This document shows, piece by piece, positions 45,475-56,977 of a DNA stretch of 64,000 bases (its first letter is position 1; the number at the start of each line of letters is the position of its first letter). Source of the DNA: Carpediemonas membranifera BICM. Lineage: Eukaryota; Protista; Fornicata. Position numbers and translations under genes: made by a program. The stretch spans positions 1,190,552 through 1,254,551 of the forward strand of contig JAHDYR010000038.1 in the NCBI GenBank assembly GCA_019828565.1, written 5' to 3'. The notes beneath the pieces were generated by a model. It had not been told where the DNA came from, did not search any database, and worked only from the letters and a program-made list of their open reading frames with translations.

Positions 45475-48400
45475 ATGGTAACCTACAAGATACTTAGTCT
45501 GAACACAGAGGGACACATAGGAAGAGGAAAGGACTTCACGGCGTCTATGGCAACGGCGATTCAGCTAAGGTTGAAGGACATAGAGGCAGTACTCATACAA
45601 GAGACATGGAGAACGGCGAATACGAGGGTTCATTGCTTCATGGACCTTGACTACGCACTAGCAGGGAGGGAGACGGAAGAGGACCTGGTCTTAGCCAACG
45701 AAAAACGAAAGGCGGATGTCAAAAAGTCAGCACCGCATCAACCGACAACTAGGCATAGCAGGCAATGACGAACCTGCGCCAAGATGGAAGGGAACAAGGG
45801 AAGGCATCGGCACGATAGTGAGCCCACACGCAACTGCAAAGTGGGACATCGGCATAACGGACAGCCTATCGGGAAGAGTGCAAGCCAGCATAATGAGAAC
45901 CGGCAGGGACATACTAGTCATCAACGTGTATGGCCCTCCATCCGGCACCACAGCAAGCAGGAGAAGGATGGATTCAGGGACACTATACAGAAGATCATGG
46001 ACATGAAAGGGAGCATGGAGGCCATAATTATGGGAGACTGGAACATCGACCCAGGCCAGATGGAAAGATCCACCCGGTGGAAGGATATGATGGAGAAGCA
46101 CAGGCTCAAAGCCATCATACCCAAGTCTGGGACGCTCACATCAGGAACATCAACCCCGGACTTTGCAGTGACAACACCAGGAATCCAGGGGGCGGAGATT
46201 GAGGTGGTAGAGTCTCAGAAGGTCGGGGTATGGGGCTCAGCACACAATGGAATCACACTAGCATGGAAGGAACAACGGTACTATGGCAGAAGTGAGCGAG
46301 ACGTGGCTCTGGCCATACCCGAGGTGCACACCTGGCCCATGAAAAAGAAGGAGGGGCCAGTCACAGTCTCAAAGCTGAACAGGATCAAGAGCTCGGACCA
46401 ATGGGAAGAGACTATAAGAGCATGCATGGGCGACCCAGTGAACAACAGGGGAGCAAAGGCAAGGGACAAAGTGTTCGGGAACGGAGTGTGGAGCGAACTC
46501 CAGCGAACCCCATGGACAGAAATAGGCAACAGGACCAGGAAGGAAAGGATGAAAGAGGAGCTGGAGAAATACTGGGGAGAGCGCAGGGCCAAATGGGTGG
46601 CCGACATCAGCAGAAGTGCAAAAAGGGGGTATAGGGCCTCAAGGGCCTCAGTGGAAGCTGCCATCAGAAGGTGGTGGTGTGACAACCAATACAAGGGAAT
46701 GCCGGAGAGCCTCCTCAAGGACGGAGTGGTAACCACGGACAAGGCGGCCATCAGCGAGATCCTCTTGCAACAGTATGCTAGAGTCAGCAGAGGCAGGGAA
46801 CCCACCTGGAAGACATGGAGGGGCAGGGACGGAAATGAGTTCAAGGAAAGCGAGGTCAAAGCCGCAATCAAAAGGATCAGGAGGGACACCGCACCAGGGC
46901 CTGACCTCACATCTGGAGACATGCTGAGAGAGCTGGATGAGAAAGGCCTTAGGGAAGTGACGAGGCTCATCAACAGGGTCTACAGGGAGGGCGACGTACC
47001 CAAAGCATGGAAGTATGCCACAGTGTCGGCCATACACAAGACAGGGAAGCCAAGGGTCAAGCCGGAATCATATAGACCAATATCCTTGACACCACTGCTG
47101 TACAGGGTCTATGGTAGATTGCTCAAGATACGTCTGGAAGCAGCAACGAAAAGGTTCATACCAAGAGAACAGGCTGGTTTCCAGTCAGACAGGGACGTCA
47201 TCCAGCAGATACAGTACATTGTGCAGCGGCACCAGGAGGGGGTGAGACCACGTCAATCTTTCTGGACATCGAGAAGGCATATGACACGGTACCAAGGGAC
47301 ATTCTCATGGATAAGCTACAGGGTATGGGGGTGGAGGAGCACTTGATCAGGGCAATTCAAGGCACAATAAAGGAAACCTGGATATCAGTCAAGGGGGCAA
47401 AGGCATGGGAAAGAACCAACAGGGGAGTTAAGCAAGGGTGCGTCCTGGCACCGACACTGTTTGTGCTGTTCATGGCTAACTGGCCCCACCTGGCCAGAAA
47501 GAAAAATCAAGGGAGAACGGTACGACATCAGAGAACCGCCAAGGACCACGAGCCACCTCAGCGACCGACTACCGGCAGCACTTACCATGTTTGTGGATGA
47601 CACTGCGGTCACAGGGAGCAAACCGGAGCATAGCCAGATGGTCGCCAACATAATGGTGGACATAATCAGAGAGCATGAAATGAGGGTGAACGCCCAGAAG
47701 AATGTAATGATTAGCGTGGACAGAACAGCCCTAGTCAGGATCGAGGGGGTAACACTACTGCCAGAGAAGGAGGCGAGATACCTGGGATTATGGATCGCAA
47801 GTGGGAAGGACCCTATGTCGGCCTGCATAAGGCGGAAACAGGAGCAGAGCGAAAGGTACAAGAGACTGGTGAGATGGGCAGGGTGGACCAGGGCAAACAT
47901 GCCAGCACTAGCGAGCAGGCTACTACTGGAAATATATATATGGCCCAGGATCCTCTTCGGAGTCGAGGTGTGGGGGAACGCACCGGGAGGTAGAAGGATC
48001 TGGAATGACTGGCAGGGAATCATGGCAGGAACAGGACCGGGAGGGGGCGCAGCCATGAGGCTGATGAATGGATGGGTGGACCTCCAGGCACACATGGAAT
48101 GGCTGGCAGTCAAAAGGATAGTCAACTACAGGGACCAGGATATACCAGTCAGAAACAGAGAATGGGGGCGGGGCACGGTTATGTGGGAAGCTAGGGAGAG
48201 AGTGCAGCATCTACTGGAGGGCACCAGAGAAGGAGCCCCTAAACCAGCGCTACTGGATTATGGCATGGAAACGATCAGGAGGGGGTGGATGAAGCGGTGC
48301 AAAAAGCCGTACGGCACTAGGACTAATGGAAATCATGGGGACAAGGAAATTAAGCAAGTGTCTGCAAGGTAAGCCTACGGTAGACCGAAAGGCTGGGAAG

Positions 48401-48923
48401 GGGCAAAGCAGGGCGGAATGGAAGAGAATTGTATCCATTGCAGCCAATGTCAGCCCATCCCCATCGTCGGCAGAGAGAGGGGAGGGCCCTATGAGAGCCA
48501 TCACAGAGCTGGCCCAAGGCGCTGACCTGAAGAGAGAAATTAGCAGACTATGCCCCCTATGCTCGGAGGAGTCGGAGGTGAGCCTGTTCTACAGGATCAT
48601 TAGGGAAAAAGCCAGGACCAGCAAGGAAGCAGGAAATGATCAGGGAGTGGGCAGAGGGCCAGAGGCTAGGATCGGCAGCGCACATAATCTGTGAATGCCC
48701 GGCAGTAGACAGGGGAGAAGCTTGGACAAAGCTGTGGACAGCAGCGAAGCACAAAACTAAGGACTTGGAAGTAAGGCAGGGCCCCCAGGGCGAATGGTAC
48801 CAGGAAAGACCCATCCTAGAATTACAGCAACTAATAATATGGGGCTCGGAGGACATTTGGGAAGGCCTCACGGCAGGACTACGGGAACTGGCAAAGGTTT
48901 ACAACAGCTTCAAGGTGGAATAG
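45475..48923 (+). CDS. LINE ORF2: AP endonuclease - reverse transcriptase - Zn-finger-like (frameshifted)
   Basis: SLNTEG, IQETW, GDWN, PDF, SAH; PGPD, YRPISL, QAGF, LDIEKAYD, GVKQGCVLAPTLF, FVDD, YLG; HIICECP. Confidence 0.9.
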
Positions 48924-49994
48924 AAGCATGTCATGAACCCCTGACTCCAGGACCGGGAAGGGATGGACAAGGAATCAGCCATGGACCACCCTCGCTGGTG
49001 CTAAGCTCCTGGGATCAGTGAGGAAAGGCCCCACGTATCCCGGTAGCCAGGAACCAAAGCAAGGGAAGGAACGACTGCAAGGAAAGAACAGGAAGGACAG
49101 ACCAGAAATAAGAAAGAAAAGGACATGCGACAAGGACAGAGCAAGGATAAGGTCAAGGAAATCCATATCCATATGGTTGCACCACTCGTTGGGACCCCAA
49201 GGAAACTGCAGGGACTGGCCACGGGGGTCGGAGGGGCACAGGTGCCCCTGCCGCCCTTGTTAACGACATGGGAAACCAAGGACATGTAGTGCAAGCGAAA
49301 TGTTGTAAGGGGTAACAGGACAACCAGGCCTAGTGCCTGGGGGTACACCACCCATGCCCTGACCCACGCCACCTAACCGGGGTAGACAGCATGGACTTAG
49401 TCACTTTCCCCGCCTTCGGGTAGGCTTCTTAACAGAGTCGAGGGGGCATGGAATTGGGGAACCGGACAGACGAGAGGGTGCCGTGGCTGAACGGCTCTAC
49501 AAGGACTGCAGGGAAGCAAGGAGTGTCATAGTCAAGGTTCTGCAGGACGATCCTGCCTGTCAATGCCCCGAGGACAGACCCCCAGGCTCCCCGGATAGTT
49601 GCCGGACTTTCAGGGAGACAGGAAAGCATATTTGCACGGAGATGGCCGCAGGGCCTCTGGGGCGATTGGAATCGGCTTTCCGCGGAGACAGTAGCACCGA
49701 AAGCCCAAGGCAAACGCTGCTGACCAGTTTGCCACGGGAAATAGGCAGTACCCCGGGGCACTCAGCTCCAAGACAACGGGAAACAAGCTCAGTCCGGGGT
49801 CAGAATCCAAGCACCATAAATTTCTTTCTTTCTGGGAAATGGTGGAACTGACGGGGGAGGAGGTGCTGTGGACGGGGGAGGAGGAGGCGTCGGTGACAGG
49901 GGAGGAGATTGAGGAGTAGTGGGATTTGTGGTTGGATGAGGAGTTAGGACCTGTGGACCGGGGCGAGGATCCTTGATGGGTGGTTTCTTTTGAC

Positions 49995-50570
49995 TTAGTT
50001 TGAGTTCTTCGTGCCGGCGCGCTTCGGCTTCTTCCCGTGAAAACCCCGGTTGCCGCCGTCATGTCCGGTGCCGGGCTTGGTGTTCTTCTCGGTCAGGCGG
50101 GGGATCTTGGACAGGGTGCGGAGGACGAGAGTCTCGATCTCCGTCTCGTTCATCTCGTGGCGCTCGGCAAGGGCGGCCATGCCCGCGGTGGAGACAGCAG
50201 AGGCGGCTAGGTAGCCGTAGCGGTCCTTCACCCATAGGACTCGGTGACGGAGGAAGATGCGAGCGAGTACGGCGAAGCCACTGATTCGATTGAACTTGAA
50301 GCTGCGGTAGATCTCCTCGAGGAACTCCGCCTCTTCGCGCATAGTGGATGAAGCAGGACGCTTCCAAGTCATGGTGGTCTCTTGCCGAAGCAGATCTACT
50401 GTCTCTCGGACGTTGCCGCCGGCAGTAAATGCGTCTTGAAGCTGTTGAACGGTGGCTTTGAGCTCTGCGATCTCTTGGGCGGCGTCTCCCATCTGTTTCA
50501 GTTCGCTCTTGAACAACTGAACCGCCCTTATGAGACGCACGATCCCGTCTTTGAGATCGTATCGAATCAT
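49995..50570 (-). CDS. Gag-like ORF1 of DIRS C
   Basis: Coiled coil plus WKRPASSTMREEAEFLEE, homologous to gag A/B/D. Confidence 0.8.
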   Translation of the reverse strand: MIRYDLKDGIVRLIRAVQLFKSELKQMGDAAQEIAELKATVQQLQDAFTAGGNVRETVDLLRQETTMTWKRPASSTMREEAEFLEEIYRSFKFNRISGFAVLARIFLRHRVLWVKDRYGYLAASAVSTAGMAALAERHEMNETEIETLVLRTLSKIPRLTEKNTKPGTGHDGGNRGFHGKKPKRAGTKNSN

Positions 50571-50614
50571 CCTCGACCTCTCGCGCCGAAGTTTTGGCTC
50601 CGCTGGCCTTGCCA

Positions 50615-53310
50615 GTCAGACAGGCTGACGATCCGGTAGACTCCGTCCATTCCCACAGGGAACCAGTCGCCGCCCAAGCGATTGCAGCCGATCGGTGCAC
50701 TTTAAGACACTCTCGATGTCTTTCATGCAAGCTGTGCCCCGGCTGCAATTCATTGCATATGCCAACACAAAGAGCTCAAAACGAGGTCTATAGCCCTCAA
50801 CGGCGCTTCGTTGAGGAGTTCTAGCGATTTTTCACTTTTGTTGCGCAATTTCTTCATCTGATGCGCAATTATTGAACCATCGAGCCTAAAAGAGACTCTA
50901 AAGCCTTAACGGCTTCCAAATAGCCAATATCACCTTGTCCATCAAGGTTTATGATTAGCCTCACTAAGGCCCACAATCATACCCCTCGCAGCCACTCCTC
51001 AATGGCTTTGAGGGGCTTATCTCTTCTTATCCTTCTCTAATAAGGCTCTGAACGGGGCTACGGACGTGCTGTAGTCCAGGCGAAGCACGTCTTCCACATA
51101 ACGGATCAATGAGTTCTGGTCAGCCCATGTGCCCTTCGCCGCAACAACCGGGATAGGGATACCCATCAGAACCAGGTCAGCCGCGCTCCCGCGGCGCAGA
51201 CCGTGCAGCCGAGCCTGCGTGGAGATGATGCCCTTCACCTGGTCCTCAATGACTGAGTAGGGGTGCGACCAGAGAGGGTCTTCGGCCACCGCGCCTGCAT
51301 CTATCCTATTGACTAGGACCTCAGATAGCCAGTGAGCCGGGTCTAGCTCCCCGTCGACTCTCGGGACGAGCTTCTCAACGACCACTCGCCGGGTCTTAGT
51401 GCCGTGGATGGAGATTCTTAGCCCGCGGCGCGCGCTCTCCGCTCTAACGTCACCAACATGCAGGGCATAGATCTCTCCTGGCCTGGAGGTCGTGGCGTAG
51501 GTGGTCAGTGCAAAGGCGAAAGCCTCCTTCCAAAGGTCGTCGTCTCGAGACTGAGGGTGGCCAGCCCGAAGCCTGTCAACCAGAGTGTGCGCGCGAATCG
51601 GGAGAGCAGGCCCTCTAAGCTTCCCAAGAGCGTTCCTTGCCTGCTCTTTGATGACTGCGTCGGCGTCCAGCGGTGGTTCCCATGATGACACCCGGCCGAA
51701 GAAGCGACGGATTAGGCTCCACTTCGAGGTGATTGTATCCTTGGTGACCCTCGAGGCTTGGTCCTTGGCCCATGCTCTTATGACTTCGATGCTGCTAGTG
51801 TCAGGTGGAAGGGCACCCCAGAAACCCGAGAACTGTTGGAGCACACCCGCGACGTGGCGCTTGTCTACGAATCCACTTAACATGTCACCCTCGAGGGAGA
51901 TGGTGAAGATGTCACTCCCACAAACAGGGCCGCCAATCGGTATGTGCCGTCCGCCTGCAGGGGGTGATCGCTGATAGGTCCGCGTCCTCCGCTTTGACTC
52001 TGAAGAACATGCGGTGCGGAGTCAGCTCTCTCAGCGCAACTGCCGTCGGCGATCTGCAGTCGGACACTAGCAGGACGAGGGCACTTGGTAGGGATCTCGG
52101 CTGTGTGGTCCTTGCAATGTGGAGGTGGCACAGCTTTGCATATACTGCTGATAGGAGCGCGAAGGGTGTCACTGCTAGCCACCTTCCTGTCGACCAGTCC
52201 ATGTCTATGAACCTGCTGTCGTCGACCGTCGACGGGCTGTGTTCTACTCGAGCTCCAAGCCACTCGGAGGGCCAGATCTCTTTCTGCATGGGACCCCACT
52301 CGGCTGTGATCCTGTCGATGATCCGACGAGGCGCTGAGAGCGTTTCGGACCTCGACAATGCGTCGGCTTGGACGTTCAAGTGACCAGAGACGTGAAGGAG
52401 CCTTATCCTGATGGCCCTTTCGCTCAGTGTGGGTAGCAGGTCCCGTATGACTGAGTCTACAAACTGCGGAGCCTTGGTTGAGCCTTGCTTGTTCCACCAG
52501 CTGACTGCTGCCACCGAGTCGGAGTAGATGGTGACCTCCGCGTCTGTCAACGGCTCTGCTAGGATCAGTCTCACTGCTTGTTCCACTGCTCGGAACTCGA
52601 GCAATGTGATGTGCTCGTCCACCGGGGCCGGCCTGGTGAAGGTGAAGGGTTGACGGCCCGGGATTGTGATCACTCCGCCGAGTCCTGAGTGAGAGGCGTC
52701 TGTCATCGCTGTGATGTGGAGCGTCGGAGACAGACCCCACAGGTGAAGCAGCTCTTGGAAGGACCTTATCGGAGATGGCCGTGATAAGCGGCGCTCCCAT
52801 TGGATCAGTGCTTCTCTCGCTTCGCCGGATATGAGTGTGCGGTAGCGGTCCTTCAGTTGGGCTCTCTGGAGGGGTCTGATAGCGGCTCGGCCCTCCGGCC
52901 AAATGATGGCTGCAAAGCCGAGATTGCCCAACAACCGCTGCATGCTGTGTGTCGTGGCCCCCGATGCCAAGGCCTCCCTGACTCGTGAGAGGTACTTCTG
53001 CCGCTTGCTGTCCTGCAGAGCGATCCCCCGCCGGCCAGAGTCCATGACGAAGCCAAGGAAGTCGGTCTGCTGCGTGGGTGAGAGCTGCGATTTCTTCCTG
53101 TTGATGACCAGGCCGAGGTTCTCTAGGAGCTGTAGTATGCCGGGCATCGCAGCGGTCAGTGTCTTCTTGTCCCCGGACAGGAGCCAGTCGTCGAGATAGA
53201 TGGTCAAGTTGATGCCTGGGAACATCCGTGCTACGATCTGCGCTGCTGTCAGCACGCTGGGCCCCAGCCGAAGGGTAGGACGTTGAAGGCATAGGGTCTC
53301 CCGTCGACCA
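50615..53310 (-). mobile_element. DIRS C' - near-identical, 5'-truncated tandem copy of C sharing the A repeat
   Basis: 50495-53310 duplicates 37870-40707 (small deletion at ~53255); YR 51017-51883, pol 51912-53310. Confidence 0.92.
51017..51883 (-). CDS. Tyrosine recombinase of DIRS C'
   Basis: One amino-acid difference from 38392-39258. Confidence 0.9.
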   Translation of the reverse strand: MLSGFVDKRHVAGVLQQFSGFWGALPPDTSSIEVIRAWAKDQASRVTKDTITSKWSLIRRFFGRVSSWEPPLDADAVIKEQARNALGKLRGPALPIRAHTLVDRLRAGHPQSRDDDLWKEAFAFALTTYATTSRPGEIYALHVGDVRAESARRGLRISIHGTKTRRVVVEKLVPRVDGELDPAHWLSEVLVNRIDAGAVAEDPLWSHPYSVIEDQVKGIISTQARLHGLRRGSAADLVLMGIPIPVVAAKGTWADQNSLIRYVEDVLRLDYSTSVAPFRALLEKDKKR

Positions 53311-53313
53311 TCA

Positions 53314-53387
53314 GGGCGGTTGGCTCAATTGGATAGAGTACCTGACTACGGATCAGGTGGTTGCAGGTTCGAGTCCTGCATCGCTCG
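53314..53387 (+). tRNA. tRNA-Arg(ACG)
   Basis: GGGCGGTTGGCTCAATTGGATAGAGTACCTGACTACGGATCAGGTGGTTGCAGGTTCGAGTCCTGCATCGCTCG followed by AATTTT. Confidence 0.95.
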
Positions 53388-53395
53388 AATTTTAT
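53376..53395 (+). repeat. Target-site duplication copy 1 (tRNA 3' end + terminator)
   Basis: CTGCATCGCTCGAATTTTAT also at 56956-56975 and 58900-58919. Confidence 0.93.
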
Positions 53396-56300
53396 TTCAC
53401 TCTTTGCGGTCGTTGACTCCGACTCGGTCGTCGATGGCGCTCTCGCGGCTTACTGCGTTAAACGGCGTAAAGGAACACGGTTTGCGTTCACTTTGAGCAG
53501 CAGCGCGCATCTGAGCACCAAGGCTCGATTTTGCGCAATTTCACGCATCCACTCGCACAAAACGTACCAAAACTCCTTGAAAGGAGCTACTTCTCCGCAA
53601 AAGACAACGAAAGTAACCAAAGTGAGATCAAAACAGCGAAATGTTGTGGTATTCCCGTTCTTACTCACTCACAATGTCCTGCCCAGCAGCAGCCGCGCGT
53701 TCGCGAGCAGCTTGGGCTTGTGTCAACCAATCCACGATGGCTCTGCACTGCCACTTCCAATTGGCAACGAAAACCCGGTCCACGAGACGATCCTTGGCCG
53801 CGTTGTCCAGCAGCTTCATCTCGACCAGCCTCTCTGGCCAGGGCACACCGCCAGCCTTCCAGGGCGCGCAACGGCCGCTCGAACTGACAACAGCAGGCAC
53901 CATATCAACGTTGAAGTGCTGATACTGCTTCACCTTATCAGCCCGCGCGTCGGAGACGTAGTCCGAGCAGACGATGTCAATGACGGGTTTCACGCCGCCC
54001 TCGTCGGGCCTGACTTCGACGTCCATGCGCACTCTGTACGGCCGCAAAGGATGCTTCGCCTCTGCAGACTTCGGCGTCAGCCACCTCTCAGGCCTGGCTG
54101 CCACGCCCTCCTCCTTGAGGGTCCTGATCACTTCGTCCCGGATGGCGTCATGCCGCTGCACCTTTGCGTCACCGCGTAGGCACGGGCACACCACCGCGTG
54201 CGACCAGCCCTTCATAGCCACAGTACGACTGTGCTTCTCAGAGCAGATCGGGCACACTCCAGCCGCGTCGCTAAAGGCGGGCCGGCCCAGGTGGTCGGCG
54301 ATCATGGCCCGGTCGACCTCGTGGCGGTTCGACTGCCTCGTGACAGAGACTGGGTCGGACTTGAGCATAGCGCTGATGATGTTGGGCGCGACGACGCTGT
54401 CCTTCACCGCAGGGTTGGTGTTGAAATTATGTTCCTTCAACAGGCACACCAACTCGTGCTGCGGCTTGTCCTTGCCGACCGCCTTCAGCGCTGCCTCATC
54501 CTTGGGCCAATCCTTCACGTTGGCGCCCAGCGCGAGGACCTTATCCAGGTCGGGCCGGCTGAGGCCAAACTCCAGCAGATGCCGGGAGGCCCCCAGGTAG
54601 GCGGGAGCCCAGACATCGAGCGGCATCGGCAAGCCGAGACCGCCCGCATGCACCGGCAGCCCTAGCCGCCGGCAGAACTTCTTCATCTCTTCCGCATCGG
54701 TGATCTTGTCTTGCAGGATGTCCAAGACGGCTGGGGCAATACACTGCCGTTCAAAGACGGCCGTCTTGCCCAGCAAATTGCCCTGGCCTGTGGTAGACTT
54801 GATCGTGGGGAGAACGTTGCGGTAGAAATGTATGGGGATGGTGAGCGCAGACACCCTGACGATCGTCAGAGCCACCGCCGTGGCCTTCGACCCGATCTCC
54901 CGGCAGAGCTCCTTGGCGGCGTCGAGCACGGCCTTCACCTTCTTCAGGATCTTGCTACAGCACTCAACGTGGAAGGCTGAGGAGACGGAGATGGGGATAC
55001 CCACCAGCTTGAATGACTGCGCCCGCGTCACCTGGTCCGAAGCGTTGTTGTCGTCCCGCGACTCGCGATGAGCGACCGCACACTTGGACCGGTTCAACGG
55101 CATCCCAACACTCGCAAAGAGCTGCTCCGACCGAGAGACGAATGAATTCGCCTTCCGGCCCGTCTCGTAGTCTTGCAGGGGGCTCGGGATGGACGCCGAA
55201 ACGTCATCCTGGTATCCGCGAACAGTGAAGTCCGGGAATTCCCCGCGCAACTGCGTCAGCAGAGGGAACATGCCCAGCGAGAAGAGGAGTGGGGAGAGAG
55301 GATCACCCTGGTGGATGCCCTCCTCCGAGGCCCACACCTCGCCAGTCGTCGTCAGCAGCAAGCCGCTGGCGTACATTCGGCGGAGGTAGGGGCCGAGTAC
55401 GGGAATATATGCCTCGACCACCTTCACGAGATAATCTCGGGACATCGTGCCATACGCGTTGGACATGTCCAACGTCACGATGGTGCTCCCGTTCATGTAC
55501 TCGTTCAGCGTGGCCGTCGCCAGCCGCTCCAGGCCGGCTGATTCGCCAAGCCCGAATTGGTCCCCCAACTCAACTCATCCTCGACGACAAGCCTTGGGAA
55601 GACGACTGTTGCGGCGACCTTAGCCGCCAGCCGGCGCAGCACCTCGCCTATTGCGACAGGGCGGACCCCACCGCAATCCTTCGGCACCGGCACCAGGATC
55701 GCGTGTGCGAAGATCGACGTGTACTCCTCACCGTCCAGGATGTCCTGCAAGACAGGCTCCAAGGCGGCTACGAGGTCTCCACGCCTCACGCTCGCGGCAA
55801 TGCGCAGGTGTAGCGCTGACAGGCCCGACGGTCCAGGGGCGGATTCCGGCGAAAGGCTCATGAGTGCGGCCTTGATCTGCTTGCGCGAGACCGTGATGGC
55901 ACTGAGCGGGTTCGCCGGCACGTCGGGGAGGGAGATGTTCGGCACAAGCCCTGTCGGAGCTTCTCCTTCAGAGACTGATTGATCTCGTCAGGCGTGAGGG
56001 TCGTCTCCGACCCCGTGATCGCTGTCACTGCCTTGGAGATGAAGCCACGTATGGCCAAGTTCCACGCGCGCCTTGTGCGGTTGGCTCTCGGCCTGCGAGC
56101 CGAGACCTTCGGAGGTGCGTACAAGGTCTGCGCGTACGAGCACAGTCTCGCGGCGGCAGCAAGTTTGGCGTCCGTGCCTTCGGCGTCGGCGATTGCCTTC
56201 AGGCGGCTGATCAAGCCCTCCGCGAACCCGGCGCGACGGCGCTTGGGTGGGGCGAGCTTACCCAGGAAGAGGGCCTTCGCTGGGTCGAGGAAACAGTCTG

Positions 56301-56955
56301 GGCGGACGGGGGCCGTCGCTCTGCGCTGATTGAACTCTGGCGTCTGGGACGCGTCGAGTGTAACGCTGGACGGGCCCTCGCTTGCCTGGCTTGCTGGGCG
56401 TTGAGGGGTCTGACTCGGAGCCGGCGGTTGGCTCGGAATCGGCGGGCGGGGGACGGGGGCAGACTGAGTCTGGGGTGAAGGGCTGAGGGCGCGGGCGGTG
56501 TCGGTTGACCCAACAGGCGCACCAGCGATCCGGGCGACAGTCCTCACGACTTCGGCTGCATGAGCAGGCGCTGTATCGATCATTGTCATGCGAGACTTCG
56601 TGACGTTGGGCGCATTGCGACCCTCGTATGCCACGGCAACTGCACGAATTCTGTCGAGGATCTCCCGCAGTTTTGCGAGAGTCAGACGTTTGTTCTTACG
56701 GGACTTCCCGTCTCCAAGCCAAGTTCTGACGTTTGCTTCGTTCTGCAAAGCGTCAAATAGTTCCTGATTACTGTTGAAGTCGTTCACGACCTCATCAGGG
56801 ACGTATTGTGCGAAATTTTTGCGGATTTCGGAGATAACGTGGAGAAGCTCCTCCTGGATCCCTAATGTACCACCAGGCACATCAGGAGACCTTGTGAAGA
56901 TGATTCTCCCACCTCCTTCTTGTGATCGTCGGTGATCTACCGACATTCTCTGATG
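53396..56955 (-). mobile_element. CRE-like RLE non-LTR retrotransposon, copy 1 (3.56 kb), inserted at the tRNA-Arg 3' end
   Basis: Bounded by the 20-bp TSD; single RT-RLE ORF. Confidence 0.9.
53661..56946 (-). CDS. RT + CCHC + restriction-like endonuclease (~1095 aa, frameshifts ~55960 and ~55565)
   Basis: SAPGPSGL, PKDCGGVRPVAIGEVLRRL, QFG, LDMSNAY, GIHQGDPLSPLLF, YQDD, LPVHAGGLG, CPIC..HAVVC, RHDAIRD, RMD..IDIV..KVKQY. Confidence 0.9.
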
Positions 56956-56977
56956 CTGCATCGCTCGAATTTTATAT

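Larger units (their letters stand above)
41162..49833 (+). mobile_element. 8.67-kb APE-type non-LTR retrotransposon (LINE), apparently full length, with (TTTC)n tail and 15-bp TSD
   Basis: TSD GGGAAATGGTGGAAC at 41147-41161 and 49834-49848; tail TAAATTTCTTTCTTTCT. DIRS C rejoins when it is removed. Confidence 0.93.
37680..50614 (-). mobile_element. PAT-like DIRS retrotransposon C with split direct repeats (A1...B1-A2-B2), interrupted by the LINE
   Basis: A1 50495-50614, gag 49995-50570, pol 39287-41146, YR 38392-39258, B1 37990-38035, A2 37870-37989, B2 37680-37725. Confidence 0.88.

Noticed and set aside
49445-49535. Group I intron-like core (AATTGGGGAA ... GACTG ... TAGTC)
   Set aside because: A P7-like pairing is possible, but I could not build P3/P4/P6 or find splice sites.
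53361-54179. 272-aa plus-strand ORF starting inside tRNA-Arg (repeated at 56932)
   Set aside because: Antisense to the CRE ORF and 3' UTR, with a non-ATG start inside a tRNA and no motifs.
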